Below are positions 27,335 through 37,583 of a stretch of 64,000 nt of DNA, one piece after another; the first letter of the stretch is position 1; each line of letters begins with the position of its first letter. This stretch comes from Phycisphaerae bacterium (GTDB lineage: Bacteria > Planctomycetota > Phycisphaerae > UBA1845 > Fen-1342): contig JASFQK010000022.1 of assembly GCA_050115495.1 (NCBI GenBank), positions 1 through 64,000 of the forward strand, read 5' to 3'. Made by a program: the position numbers and the translations under genes. A model generated the notes under the pieces. That model made no database searches. It was not told the origin of the DNA and saw only the letters and a program-made list of their open reading frames with translations.

Positions 27335-29680
27335 ATGAAGAAGCCAGAGTCTTGGTGGATGGTATGGGCAATCGTGGGAGCGTTGGCGTCTGCGACCGCC
27401 TTTGCTCAGGACGAGGTCGAGCCGCCGTGGGGTGCCCCCTGGGCCAACATCTACGGCACGTCGAGCTCGACGGGCATCCCGGTCGACTTCCAGCCGGGCG
27501 GAACATGGGAGACCGCGTGGGTGCTGGACACATTCGCCGCGGGTGCCAACCCGCCGGTGAACGGCACACACATCGTGTTCGACGCGGACGGCAACCTCTA
27601 CTGGCATTCACAGGCCAATGAATCCTGGGCCGACCACGTCGCCTCGTGCACGCCGGACGGCCAGTTGCGCTGGCTTGGGCCGCCGGGCGGTCTCGGCGAC
27701 TGGCAGTCCGATCTCTCGCCGATCGTCGGCGTGGAACGCGTGTACATGCTGGGCATGTACACGAACGACTACCAGGATCAGCACGTCTTCGCCATCAGCA
27801 AGGCGGACGGCAGCCTGATCTGGGACACGATCCTGAGCTTCGAGCCTTTCGGCGTCGACACGAACAACGCCCAGCCCACGCCCGTGCTCTACAACGGCAA
27901 GCTCTACGTGATGGGCAAGCCGAGCGAGAACGGTGCTGCCGTCTACCAGATCGATGCCGAGACAGGAAACATCGACTTCCATTCGCTGATCGAGGAGCTC
28001 CAACACCGGATGTGCGGGAACACGGTGCTGGTGCCGAATGCGTTCGGCGCGGGCATCCACGGCATTTACGTCGTGACCTGGGACCGTCCCGAGCCGCCGG
28101 AGTCCAGCCCACCGCAGGTGTTCGGCATCGCGGTGAACACCATCACGAACGTGGCGTCGTACGCCTGGTCGTCGTCGCCCACCTTCACCGGGGTCGAGCT
28201 GGGCTTCGTCTGGTGGTGGACACCCACGCACGTCATGTACAACCCGGTCTCCAACCGCATCTACGTCTACACCGAGGACAACACGTACGGCTACGAGTTC
28301 TTCAGCTTCGACGCGGTGACCGGCGCGCTGCCGGCGGCCCTCGGTGATGCCGGCGAAGGTGGACACCACGCCGGCTATCAGACAGGGGCGATCGACTTCG
28401 ACGGACAGCGCGTCATCACGGGCGGCTGGGGCGACCGCTTCCTGATGTACAACGATGACGGCACGGGTGCCATCAACTACACCGGTGCCCTCGAACACCT
28501 GGGCACGTGGGACCAGTTCCGGCAGTTCATCCAGTTGCTGCAGGACGGCGATCACACGATCGCGGTCACGGCGACCAGCGGCATCGGTACGGGCATGACG
28601 CACGCCCTGGTCATCGATCTGGACAACACCGCCGAGCCGCCGGCCGAGGACGGGCCGACGTACATCGACGATGTCCGCGTGTACCAGGGCCCCGACATCG
28701 GCAACCTGACGCTCGTCTGGTCCGACGACTTCGAGGCTTACGACGTGGGCGAGCTTCCGCCCGAGACCGGCTGGGTAACCATGACGGGTACCCCGCAGCC
28801 GTCGCCAGTGATCGTCGAGGACCCGACGGGCGAGGGGTACGGCAAGGTGCTCATGCTGGATCCGGTTCCGGCGCCGGGCGATCCCGACGACTGGTACGGG
28901 CACGGCGTGTATCACGCCTTCACGCAAACGACGGACAACGTGATCGTCACGCGCTACCGGCAGTGGCGTGAGGACACGGCCGACACATACGAGGTCTTCT
29001 GGGGCGAGAACGACGAGGATGAATCGCGCGGCTTCGCCTACGCGTATGATCTCGATCGGCGGGTCACGACGCTCGAATGGCTGGAAGTCTGGAACCAACC
29101 CAACTACCAGATCGACCGCAAGTGGGAAGAGATCGTCTTCACGTACGATTTCGGGGTCGAGACGGCGGCGGTGAAGACCGCCGAGCGTACGGAACTCGTG
29201 TCCTCGTGGATCGACCCCGGGACGGGCAACCCGTACGAGTTCGCTCCGACCGACTCCGCCGCCGGCTTCGGCCTGTTCCTGTGGCACACGGACGTGGGCG
29301 AGAAGTGGGAGCGGGTGCGCGCCAATGAACTCGTGGACGTGCGTTACGGCTACCTCAGCGCCAACCTGCTCGGCGGTCCGATCATCGGTCCCGACGGCAA
29401 GATGTACTACTTCGAGTCGCATCAGGCCGGTTGGGATCCGCCGAACGAGTGCCCGGGCTGCCTGCACGCCATCCAGGCGGTGGCCGAGTGTACGCCGGGT
29501 GACGTAAACGGCGATGGCATCGTCAACAACTTCGACATCAGCCCGTTCGTCTATGCGATCACGCACGATCAGGCGACGTTCGAGAGCACGTTCCCGAACG
29601 GCTGCTACTGGGGCGCGGACGTCAACGACGACGGGATTGTGAACAACTTCGACATCAGCCCGTTCATCGGTCTGTTGTAG
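27335..29680 (+). CDS. Secreted PQQ-like beta-propeller protein with a C-terminal dockerin-like tag
   Basis: Signal peptide; repeats such as FAISKADGSLIW and PVLYNGKLYV; C-terminal GDVNGDGIVNNFDISPFV...ADVNDDGIVNNFDISPFI. Confidence 0.8.
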   Translation: MKKPESWWMVWAIVGALASATAFAQDEVEPPWGAPWANIYGTSSSTGIPVDFQPGGTWETAWVLDTFAAGANPPVNGTHIVFDADGNLYWHSQANESWADHVASCTPDGQLRWLGPPGGLGDWQSDLSPIVGVERVYMLGMYTNDYQDQHVFAISKADGSLIWDTILSFEPFGVDTNNAQPTPVLYNGKLYVMGKPSENGAAVYQIDAETGNIDFHSLIEELQHRMCGNTVLVPNAFGAGIHGIYVVTWDRPEPPESSPPQVFGIAVNTITNVASYAWSSSPTFTGVELGFVWWWTPTHVMYNPVSNRIYVYTEDNTYGYEFFSFDAVTGALPAALGDAGEGGHHAGYQTGAIDFDGQRVITGGWGDRFLMYNDDGTGAINYTGALEHLGTWDQFRQFIQLLQDGDHTIAVTATSGIGTGMTHALVIDLDNTAEPPAEDGPTYIDDVRVYQGPDIGNLTLVWSDDFEAYDVGELPPETGWVTMTGTPQPSPVIVEDPTGEGYGKVLMLDPVPAPGDPDDWYGHGVYHAFTQTTDNVIVTRYRQWREDTADTYEVFWGENDEDESRGFAYAYDLDRRVTTLEWLEVWNQPNYQIDRKWEEIVFTYDFGVETAAVKTAERTELVSSWIDPGTGNPYEFAPTDSAAGFGLFLWHTDVGEKWERVRANELVDVRYGYLSANLLGGPIIGPDGKMYYFESHQAGWDPPNECPGCLHAIQAVAECTPGDVNGDGIVNNFDISPFVYAITHDQATFESTFPNGCYWGADVNDDGIVNNFDISPFIGLL

Positions 29681-29941
29681 GAACCCTATGGCGGGGCCGA
29701 CGTGGCCCCCCTCTCCTCGACCTCCCTATCCGCGTCTGCCGGACGTACGGGCCGGCGGTCTCGACGGCACAGCGTCGTACATGTGCCGCCGGGGCCGCCG
29801 GCCACTTGTTTATCGCTCGTCCAATGAGCCAATATGTGTTTTTCAGCCCGGCGGGATTGACCGCGGGCTGTTGGAGTTGATAAGTATTTGGCGTATGATA
29901 GGTTGAAGTGCCGCTCGAGCGATTAGACGGGGAGGGCCGCG

Positions 29942-31246
29942 ATGGTCGCGACCCGAGCGAAATCGACGGAATGGCTCTCGGGCCGACGAGCGGCCGGGTC
30001 ACAGGCCGAGCGAACCATGCCAGGAAAACGCCATACCTCACGGCGGATGCCGATCAACTCGAAGAACGCGGGGCTGCGAAACGAGCGGCTGGTCATCTCA
30101 TTACTGAGACAGCATGAGAGCCTCTCGCAGGCGCAGCTCTGCCAGCTTGCCGGGCTGAGCAGCTCGACGGCCAGCTACATCGTCGGCCGCCTGCGTGAGA
30201 AGAAGCTGATCACCGAGGAGCGCGGCGACAGCACGAAGCGCGGGGCCAAGCCGGTCATCATCAGCCTGCATCCGCTGGCGCAGCTCGCGGTCGGCGTCGA
30301 GATCGGTCCGAGCAACATCTACATCGGCCTGTTCGATTTCCACTGCAATCTCGTCGAGAGCCTGCGGGCGCCGCTGGGAGAGGACCACTCGCCGGAGACG
30401 GTCGTGCACCTGGTCGAGATCAGCGTGCGCGGATTGCTCAGCAAGCACAACGTGGCCGAGCAGAGCCTGCTGGGGATCGGAGCGACCGTCAGCGGAGCGA
30501 TCTCAGCGGACGGGGTCGTGCAGCTTTCCAGCCCGATGGGCTGGAAGAACGTACCACTGCGGGAGAAGCTGCAGGAGCGCTTTCACACACACATCAGCGT
30601 GCACACGACGCGCGTTCGCATGTTCGCCGAGATCAGCCTGCTGCCCACGGGCGTTGCGCGTAACATCGTTCTGCTGAACTTCGCGGACGGCGTGGGGGCC
30701 AGCATGGCCGAGGACGGCCAGTTGTCGCGGGGGGCGACCAACCGGGCTGGTGAGATCGGCCATATCATCTTCGATCCGAACGGGCCGCAGTGCGGCTGTG
30801 GACACCGGGGCTGCCTGGAGACGTTCGTGTCGGGTCCGGCGCTGGCCGGCAGGATCAATCGCGACCTCGGCAACGGCACCAGTTCCGTCCTGCGGGATTG
30901 GATCCGGCCCGACGATCCGCCCAAGAAGGTCGTCTCGCAACTGGGACGGGCGATGGCCGAAGGCGACGCCTACGCCCTGCAGATCCGGGAGTTTCTGGCG
31001 GACTACGTCAGCCGCGCCACGGCGATCGCCATCAACTGCTACGATCCGGACATGCTCATTCTCGCCGGGTACGTGGTGGCGCAGTGCCCCGACCACCTCA
31101 TCGCCGCCGTCGAGCAGCGAATCGGCAGCGACGTCTTCGACCCCTCTTCGCGCAAGATCCAGGTTGTCGTGGCCCGGGCGGGCGAGGAAGCCCTGATCCG
31201 CGGCATCGCGACGGTCGTGCTCCGCGACGCACTCGAGCGAATCTGA
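29942..31246 (+). CDS. ROK-family transcriptional regulator
   Basis: N-terminal HTH (LSQAQLCQLAGLSSSTASYIV) and the ROK signature AGEIGH...CGCGHRGCLE. Start may be 30017 or 30047. Confidence 0.93.
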   Translation: MVATRAKSTEWLSGRRAAGSQAERTMPGKRHTSRRMPINSKNAGLRNERLVISLLRQHESLSQAQLCQLAGLSSSTASYIVGRLREKKLITEERGDSTKRGAKPVIISLHPLAQLAVGVEIGPSNIYIGLFDFHCNLVESLRAPLGEDHSPETVVHLVEISVRGLLSKHNVAEQSLLGIGATVSGAISADGVVQLSSPMGWKNVPLREKLQERFHTHISVHTTRVRMFAEISLLPTGVARNIVLLNFADGVGASMAEDGQLSRGATNRAGEIGHIIFDPNGPQCGCGHRGCLETFVSGPALAGRINRDLGNGTSSVLRDWIRPDDPPKKVVSQLGRAMAEGDAYALQIREFLADYVSRATAIAINCYDPDMLILAGYVVAQCPDHLIAAVEQRIGSDVFDPSSRKIQVVVARAGEEALIRGIATVVLRDALERI

Positions 31247-31392
31247 CGAGCGCCCAAGGCCGGGCCGCTGGGGGTTCTCATCACCCGATTATAACTCGAC
31301 TTGCGATTGATAATCTGGCGAGATACCCCCGGATCAGAACGATTCCATAAAAGCATTGTCATAAACATTTTACGCATCGCACGAGAAGGGAC

Positions 31393-31444
31393 TTGATTCT
31401 ATACCGTGACTCAGGCTATTATTAACTCAATGAATGAGGTGTTG
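31393..31444 (+). promoter_or_regulatory. Promoter and candidate ROK operator of the uxaE operon
   Basis: TTGATT (31393), 18 bp spacer, TATTAT (31417). TATTAACTC-N7-GAGG at 31420. A second site TTATAACTC-N7-GATTGATAA at 31289-31313. Confidence 0.55.
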
Positions 31445-31514
31445 CGATGCGGCCCAGCAGTGGCTGGGACTGGAACGTCGCCACGGGCCGACCGTTCGCT
31501 CAAGGGGAAACTGA

Positions 31515-33077
31515 ATGGCGTCGCGTATCGACATAACCGAAGATCGGGTCATGCAGGAGCACCCGGGCACGCGACTCGAAAGCGCCTGCGCCGCCCTCAA
31601 TGTCCGCCCCTATCCTGACTCCGTTACGGTGGGTGACGGCCTGACTCTCCTGCTGGTTCGGCGGGATTCAACCAGGTATCTCCTCCTCCTGTCGGCGAGC
31701 GACGGGCGGCTGACGGGCTGGGACGGCCCGACGCCGCCCGCGCCGGTGGAGGCGACGGGACAATGGGCGAAGCTGTGCCCCCTGTCGCCACACAACGCCA
31801 CCCTCCTCCGCAAACAGGTTCCGTCGCTCGCCCCGGTGGTGCTCGGCCCCAGTCCGTCGCTGGGCACCGGTGACCGGCTCGGGCTGGCGACGCCGGGTCA
31901 TGTGGCCGCCGTGCGCGGCCGAGGCATCTTCCCGGTTCTGGCGCAGCAGTCCGTGCGGGAGATGTCGCGTACCGGGCGTGCGCCGCGGGAAGTGCTTGAT
32001 GACGCCACGTGGGGTGCTCTCCAGGCCGGCTACCGCGACGGTTACGCCGCCGACGCCGACCACCTGCGCAGTCCGGAGGACGTGGCCGCCGCCGAGGCTG
32101 CCGGCTTCACGATGTTCACGGTCGACCCGGCCGAGTGGGTGGATAACGACGCCGATCGCGCCGATGTTCACGCCCTGGCCGACCGCTACGCCCTGCTACC
32201 CTGGGAAGCCCTCGCCTCGACGCCGACCGACTGCCGGCGAGCGTACGCCGACCAGGCGTTCACGGTGGGCGACGGTCCGGACGTAATGAAGCTCGCGATC
32301 AGCGGCGAGGCGTTGCTGCGGGCGGCAGTGAAGTACGGTCGCACGCTCGCCCACACCGCCACGATGTACCAGACGCTGCTGCGGCGACGGCCGCGGGCGG
32401 CGTTCACGTTCGAGCTTTCCGTCGATGAGACGACGGCACCGACGTCGGCCGCCGAGCATTTCTACGTCGCATCGGAACTGAAGCGGCTGGACGTCGCGCT
32501 GGACAGCTTCGCGCCGCGTTTCGTCGGTGAGTTCTACAAGGGCGTCGAGTACGTCGGTGACCTCGCCCGCTTCCGCAGCACGCTGGCCGAGCACGTCGTG
32601 CTGGCCCGGCATTTCGGCGGATACCGTATCAGCCTGCACTCCGGCAGCGACAAGTTCTCGATCTACCCCATCGTGGCCGAACTGGCCCGCGACCTGGTGC
32701 ACGTCAAGACCGCCGGCACGAGCTACCTGGAGGCCCTGCGGGTCGTGGCGAAGGTGGACCCGGCGTTGTTCCGCGAGATCCTGGAGTGCAGCCGGCTGTG
32801 CTTCGTGAGCGACCGGTACAGCTACAATGTTGACGCCGACGTGGCCCGGTTCGCCGCCTCGACGGCCGCGCCGGACGCGGATCTGCCCGCCCTGCTGGAC
32901 CAGCGGGACGCACGGCAGGTCTGCCACGTGACCTTCGGATCCGTCCTGACCGCCCAGAACGACGACGGGACACCGCTGCTGCGGGATCGGCTCCTGGCGT
33001 TGCTCCGCCACAATGAGGACGAGTATCATCGCCGGTTGCGAGAGCACTTTGACCGGCACATTCGTCCCTTTCTGTAA
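31515..33077 (+). CDS. uxaE: Tagaturonate/fructuronate epimerase
   Basis: GTGDRLGLATPGH, AQQSVREMSRTGR, ADADHL, ELSVDET, SLHSGSDKFSIYP, HVKTAGTSYLEALR, HVTFGSVL. Confidence 0.92.
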   Translation: MASRIDITEDRVMQEHPGTRLESACAALNVRPYPDSVTVGDGLTLLLVRRDSTRYLLLLSASDGRLTGWDGPTPPAPVEATGQWAKLCPLSPHNATLLRKQVPSLAPVVLGPSPSLGTGDRLGLATPGHVAAVRGRGIFPVLAQQSVREMSRTGRAPREVLDDATWGALQAGYRDGYAADADHLRSPEDVAAAEAAGFTMFTVDPAEWVDNDADRADVHALADRYALLPWEALASTPTDCRRAYADQAFTVGDGPDVMKLAISGEALLRAAVKYGRTLAHTATMYQTLLRRRPRAAFTFELSVDETTAPTSAAEHFYVASELKRLDVALDSFAPRFVGEFYKGVEYVGDLARFRSTLAEHVVLARHFGGYRISLHSGSDKFSIYPIVAELARDLVHVKTAGTSYLEALRVVAKVDPALFREILECSRLCFVSDRYSYNVDADVARFAASTAAPDADLPALLDQRDARQVCHVTFGSVLTAQNDDGTPLLRDRLLALLRHNEDEYHRRLREHFDRHIRPFL

Positions 33078-33089
33078 GGAGTCCGCCGG

Positions 33090-33908
33090 GTGAAGGGGCG
33101 CTTCGATCTGAACGGGCGACGACTGGTCATCACCGGTGGCGGTGGTGTGTTGGGTGGCGCGCTGGCGGCGGCGCTGGCCGAGGTTGGCGCACACGTAGGC
33201 GTATTGGACCGCGACGCCGATGCGGCTGAACGAGTCGCGCAGCGCATCCGCGATGGTGGCGGGCGGGCGATCGCGGTTGCGGCGGACGTCACGGAGACCG
33301 AGAGCCTGGCGGCCGCCGCCGGGCAGGTGGTCAGCGAGCTGGGGCCGGTGGATGGGCTGGTCAATGCGGCGGGCGGGAACCGGGCGGAAGCCACGACGTC
33401 GGCGGAGCGGTCGTTTTTCGACCTGCCGGCGGATGCGATGCGCTTCGTGGTCGAGCTGAACCTGCTGGGCACGATTCTGCCGGCGCAGGTGTTCGGGCGG
33501 CAGATGGCGGAGCGCGGGCAGGGCGTGATTCTGAACATCGCCAGCATGAACGCCCTGCGTCCACTGACCAGTATCCCGGCGTACTCGGCGGCCAAGGCGG
33601 CGGTGAGCAACTTCACGCAATGGCTCGCCGTGCACATGTGCCAGAACTACTCGCCGCATCTGCGGGTCAATGCGCTCGCCCCGGGCTTCTTCCTCACGCA
33701 GCAGAACCGATACCTGCTGATGGACGAGGGGAGCGGTGAACTGACGACGCGCGGCCAGACCATCCTGGAGCACACGCCGATGCGCCGCTTCGGGCAGCCG
33801 CAGGACCTCGTCGGTGCGGCGCAGTGGCTGCTGAGCGACGACGCCGAGTTCGTCACCGGCGTGGTCGTGCCGGTGGACGGCGGCTTCTCGGCGTTTGGCG
33901 GCGTGTAA
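33090..33908 (+). CDS. SDR D-mannonate oxidoreductase / fructuronate reductase (UxuB-like)
   Basis: TGGGGVLG, NAAGGN, RPLTSIPAYSAAKAAVSNFTQWLAVH, APGFFLTQQNR, VDGGFSA; context after uxaE. Confidence 0.88.
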   Translation: MKGRFDLNGRRLVITGGGGVLGGALAAALAEVGAHVGVLDRDADAAERVAQRIRDGGGRAIAVAADVTETESLAAAAGQVVSELGPVDGLVNAAGGNRAEATTSAERSFFDLPADAMRFVVELNLLGTILPAQVFGRQMAERGQGVILNIASMNALRPLTSIPAYSAAKAAVSNFTQWLAVHMCQNYSPHLRVNALAPGFFLTQQNRYLLMDEGSGELTTRGQTILEHTPMRRFGQPQDLVGAAQWLLSDDAEFVTGVVVPVDGGFSAFGGV

Positions 33909-33931
33909 CGATCAATACGGACAGGACCACG

Positions 33932-34822
33932 ATGGACCACGATCCCACACGGGTGCTTGGCGATTTGCAGCCGCGGCACGATTTCTTCATCGGCGTCGAT
34001 TCGGATGGCTGCGCCTTCGACACGATGGAGATCAAGCACAAGCAGTGCTTCATCCCGAACATCATCACGTGGTGGCAGCTCGAACCGATCGCGGCGCAGG
34101 CCCGGGCCGCCGCCGAGTTCGTCAACCTGTACAGCAAGTGGCGGGGCATCAACCGCTTTCCGGCGCTGGTGATGACATTCGACCTGCTGCGCGAGCACGA
34201 CGAAGTGCGGGCCGACGGGGTGGAGATTCCGGTGGCGCAGCCGTTGCGGGACTGGATCGCCGGCGAGACGCGGCTGGGGAATGCGGCGTTGCGGGAGGCC
34301 GTTCAGCGCCGTCCGGACCCGATCCTGGCGAACGCGCTCGGCTGGAGCGAGGCGGTGAACCGGACGGTCTCGGAGATCGTCAACGGGGTGCCGCCGTTTC
34401 CGTTCGTGCGTGAGACGCTGGGTGAGGCGGAGAAGCGGGCGGATATCGTGGTGGTGTCGGCGACGCCGACCGAAGCGTTGCAGCGTGAATGGAACGAGCA
34501 TGGCCTCGCGGCCGGCGTGCGAGCTATCGCCGGCCAGGAGCTCGGCACGAAGGCCGAGCATTTGAAGCTCGCCGCCGGCGGGAAGTACGCAAGGGAGCGG
34601 ACGTTGATGATCGGCGATGCGCCGGGTGACCTGAAAGCGGCACGGGCCAACGGCGCTTCGTTCTATCCGATCGTCCCCGGCCGCGAGGCCGAATCGTGGC
34701 AGCGGCTGCATGCGGAGGGTCTGGCGCGGTTCTTCGACGGGCGGTATGCCGGGGCGTACGAGGCGGCGCTCGTCGCCGACTTCGAGGCCGTGCTGCCCGA
34801 CACACCGCCGTGGAAGCGCTGA
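33932..34822 (+). CDS. HAD-family hydrolase/phosphotransferase
   Basis: Motif I GVDSDGCAFDTM, motif II VVSAT, motif IV MIGDAPGD. Confidence 0.88.
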   Translation: MDHDPTRVLGDLQPRHDFFIGVDSDGCAFDTMEIKHKQCFIPNIITWWQLEPIAAQARAAAEFVNLYSKWRGINRFPALVMTFDLLREHDEVRADGVEIPVAQPLRDWIAGETRLGNAALREAVQRRPDPILANALGWSEAVNRTVSEIVNGVPPFPFVRETLGEAEKRADIVVVSATPTEALQREWNEHGLAAGVRAIAGQELGTKAEHLKLAAGGKYARERTLMIGDAPGDLKAARANGASFYPIVPGREAESWQRLHAEGLARFFDGRYAGAYEAALVADFEAVLPDTPPWKR

Positions 34823-34837
34823 CGGTCAGCGAGGAAG

Positions 34838-36163
34838 GTGCGGGACGGCATGCTGCACTTCGCCGAAGGATCGCCGACCACCGCCATCAGCCCGGAGCGG
34901 GCGCAAGCGCTGGTTGAGCGGCTCGTGGCGGAGTTGGGCGAGCCGAGGCGTGTGCTGCTGATTCCGCCGGATTTCACGCGGCAGTACTCGGGTGCGGGCG
35001 GATTGACCGTCATGCTCTACGAGCGGCTGGCGACACGCGGCCAGGTGGAGATTCTGCCCGCGCTGGGCACGCACGCCGCGATGACCGCCGGCGAGCGGGA
35101 GGCGATGTTCCCCGGGCTGCCGGCGTCGGCGTTCCACGTGCACGAGTGGCGGCGGGGGCTCGCGCGGCTGGGTGAAGTGCCGGCGCCCGTCGTGGAGCGG
35201 ATCACCGCGGGGCGGCTGAGCTTCGCCATTTCGTGCGAGGTGAACCCCCTGCTCGTCGAGCGGCCGTGGGACCGCATCGTTTCGATCGGGCAGGTCGTCC
35301 CGCACGAGGTCGCCGGCCTGGCCAACCATTACAAGGCCATTCTCGTTGGCGTCGGCGGGCCGGACACGATCAACAAGACGCACTACGTGGGGGCGGTTCA
35401 CGGTGTGGAGGCGACGCTCGGCCGGCGACGAACGCCGGTGCGGACGCTGCTGGCCTACATGGCGGCGGAGTTCCTGCGTGATCTACCGATCACGTACGTG
35501 CTCACCGTGCGCGGGCCTGACGTTGACGGTGCGCTGGTGACGCGCGGGCTCTTCGCCGGCGACGATGAAGCATGCTTCGAGCCGGCGGCGGCGCTGGCTC
35601 GCGACGTGAACATCACGCGGCTCGACGAGCCGGTCCGCCGGGCGGTCGTGTACCTCGATCCGACGCGGTACAAGTCCACGTGGCTCGGCAACAAAGCGAT
35701 CTACCGCACGCGGTTGGCCCTGGCGGATGGTGGCGAGCTCATCATCCTCGCTCCGGGCGTCGGCACGTTCGGTGAGGATGCGGCGATCGACGATCTCATT
35801 CGGCGGTTCGGCTATCGCGGCACGCCGCAGACGCTGCGGATGGTGCGGGAGAATGCGGATCTCGCCGACAATCTGTGCGCTGCGGCGCACCTGATCCACG
35901 GCTCGACCGAGGGGCGGTTCCGCGTGATCTACTGCCCCGGTCGGCTGACGCGGGACGAGGTCGAAGCGGTCGGCTACGAGTGGGCCGACCTCGCGGAGAT
36001 GCAAGCTCGGTACGATCCGGCGGCGCTGCGGGACGGTTGGAACGACGTGGGCGGCGAGCGGGTGTACTTCGTGTCCGATCCGGGGCTGGGGCTGTGGGCG
36101 AACCGCGAGCGGCTGGCGACGATCGATCGTGTCATGGAGGAGGATGCAGACGATGCCCGGTAA
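34838..36163 (+). CDS. LarA/DUF2088 lactate-racemase-family protein, likely mannonate/gluconate 2-epimerase (GntE-like)
   Basis: PPDFTR, PALGTH, VPHEVAGLANHYKAIL, WLGNKAIYR, HLIHGS. Substrate inferred from context. Confidence 0.8.
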   Translation: MRDGMLHFAEGSPTTAISPERAQALVERLVAELGEPRRVLLIPPDFTRQYSGAGGLTVMLYERLATRGQVEILPALGTHAAMTAGEREAMFPGLPASAFHVHEWRRGLARLGEVPAPVVERITAGRLSFAISCEVNPLLVERPWDRIVSIGQVVPHEVAGLANHYKAILVGVGGPDTINKTHYVGAVHGVEATLGRRRTPVRTLLAYMAAEFLRDLPITYVLTVRGPDVDGALVTRGLFAGDDEACFEPAAALARDVNITRLDEPVRRAVVYLDPTRYKSTWLGNKAIYRTRLALADGGELIILAPGVGTFGEDAAIDDLIRRFGYRGTPQTLRMVRENADLADNLCAAAHLIHGSTEGRFRVIYCPGRLTRDEVEAVGYEWADLAEMQARYDPAALRDGWNDVGGERVYFVSDPGLGLWANRERLATIDRVMEEDADDAR

Positions 36164-37433
36164 TGTCCTGGTGGCCCAGTCGGGCGGCCCGTCGGCCGTC
36201 ATCAACAACACGCTGCGCGGCATCATCGACGGCTGCCGGGCACACCCCGACACGTTCGGGCGGCTCTATGCCGGCTGGCACGGTATTGAGGGGGTGCTCC
36301 AGGAAGAACTGCTCGACCTGTCGGCCCAGGACGAACGCGAGATCGCTCTGCTGCGATTCACGCCGGCGGCGGGGACAATCGGCACGTGCCGCTACAAGCT
36401 TCGGTCCTCGCAACAGGCGGACTACGAGCGGATCGTCGAGGTGCTGCGGGCGCACAACGTGCAGTACTTCTTCTACATCGGCGGTAACGACTCGATGGAC
36501 ACGGCGGCGAAGATCAGCAGCCTGGCCCGCGAGCGCGGCCTGGGGCTGGTCGTCGTGGGCGGGCCGAAGACGATCGACAACGACGTGGGCGACGCCGAGT
36601 TCCGGCTGGTCGACCATACGCCGGGCTACGGCAGCACGGCCCGCTATTTCGCCCAGATCGTCCGTAACGCGAACGAGGAGAACGCCGGCTCGTGCCCTGC
36701 GGACCCGGTGTTGGTGATTCAGGCAATGGGTCGGAAGATCGGGTTCATTCCGGCGGCGGCGCGGCTCGCCGACCCGCAACGGGAAATGCCGCTCCAGATC
36801 CACCTGGCGGAGTCGGGGCTAACGCTGGCCGAGATCGGCGAGCAGGTGTGTGCGGGGCTGGCGCGGCATGGGAGATGCATTGTCGTGGTCAGCGAGGGGC
36901 TCGACGTGGGCGACCTGGGCGAAGTACGCGACGCGTTCGGGCACACGTCGTTTGGTTCGTCCGAGCGCAGCGTGGCGCAGGTGGTCACGAATTACCTCAA
37001 CTCGCTACGGCTGCCGGTGCGCGGCAAGGCTCGGTACCAGATTCCCGGTACGGATCAGCGTAGTGCGGCCATCTACGCGTCGACGGTCGATCTCGATGAG
37101 GCGTACGCGGTCGGCCAGAAGTGCGTGGAAATCGCCCGCACGGACGGCGACGGCTGGATGGGCACGATTCTGCGGCAGCCGGGCGAGCCGTACCGGCCGG
37201 TGTATGACAAGGTCCGGCTGACGCAGGTGGCCAATGCGGAGCGAACGTTCCCGCGGGCATGGATCGCCGCCGACCGGATCGACGTGACGGATGATTTCGT
37301 GCGGTATGCGCAGCCGCTGATCGGGACGGAGTGGCCGGCGGTGCCGCTGGTCGATGGGTTGCAGCGGTTCGCCCGCTTTGAGCCGATCTTCGCCGAGAAG
37401 AAGTCCGACGAGTACACGCCGCAGGCGTTCTGA
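36153..37433 (+). CDS. PfkA-family phosphotransferase, PPi-dependent type
   Basis: QSGGPSAVIN, GGNDSMDT and PKTIDND (Asp and Lys signature of PPi-dependent enzymes), MGR, VSEG, DAFGH. Confidence 0.88.
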   Translation: MPGNVLVAQSGGPSAVINNTLRGIIDGCRAHPDTFGRLYAGWHGIEGVLQEELLDLSAQDEREIALLRFTPAAGTIGTCRYKLRSSQQADYERIVEVLRAHNVQYFFYIGGNDSMDTAAKISSLARERGLGLVVVGGPKTIDNDVGDAEFRLVDHTPGYGSTARYFAQIVRNANEENAGSCPADPVLVIQAMGRKIGFIPAAARLADPQREMPLQIHLAESGLTLAEIGEQVCAGLARHGRCIVVVSEGLDVGDLGEVRDAFGHTSFGSSERSVAQVVTNYLNSLRLPVRGKARYQIPGTDQRSAAIYASTVDLDEAYAVGQKCVEIARTDGDGWMGTILRQPGEPYRPVYDKVRLTQVANAERTFPRAWIAADRIDVTDDFVRYAQPLIGTEWPAVPLVDGLQRFARFEPIFAEKKSDEYTPQAF

Positions 37434-37505
37434 GTGGCGAGACAGGTAGCGCGGGCTCGGCACGCGGCCACACGCAGAGATCGTCCTGCCGCCAACGAAA
37501 CAAAC

Positions 37506-37526
37506 GGCGGGCGAAGCCCGCCCTAC
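37506..37526. repeat. GTAG-type REP-like palindrome
   Basis: GGCGGGC-GAA-GCCCGCC-CTAC in the pfk-gnd spacer. Confidence 0.55.
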
Positions 37527-37583
37527 GATTGCGCGTGCCGGCGTGTTCCGCTTGTGCATGAAAGGCCAGAAGAGGAAGGCAGC

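Noticed and set aside
19146..29680. Prophage around the terminase
   Set aside because: Neighbours are cysS and secreted host-type proteins; no portal, capsid, tail, integrase or lysis genes.
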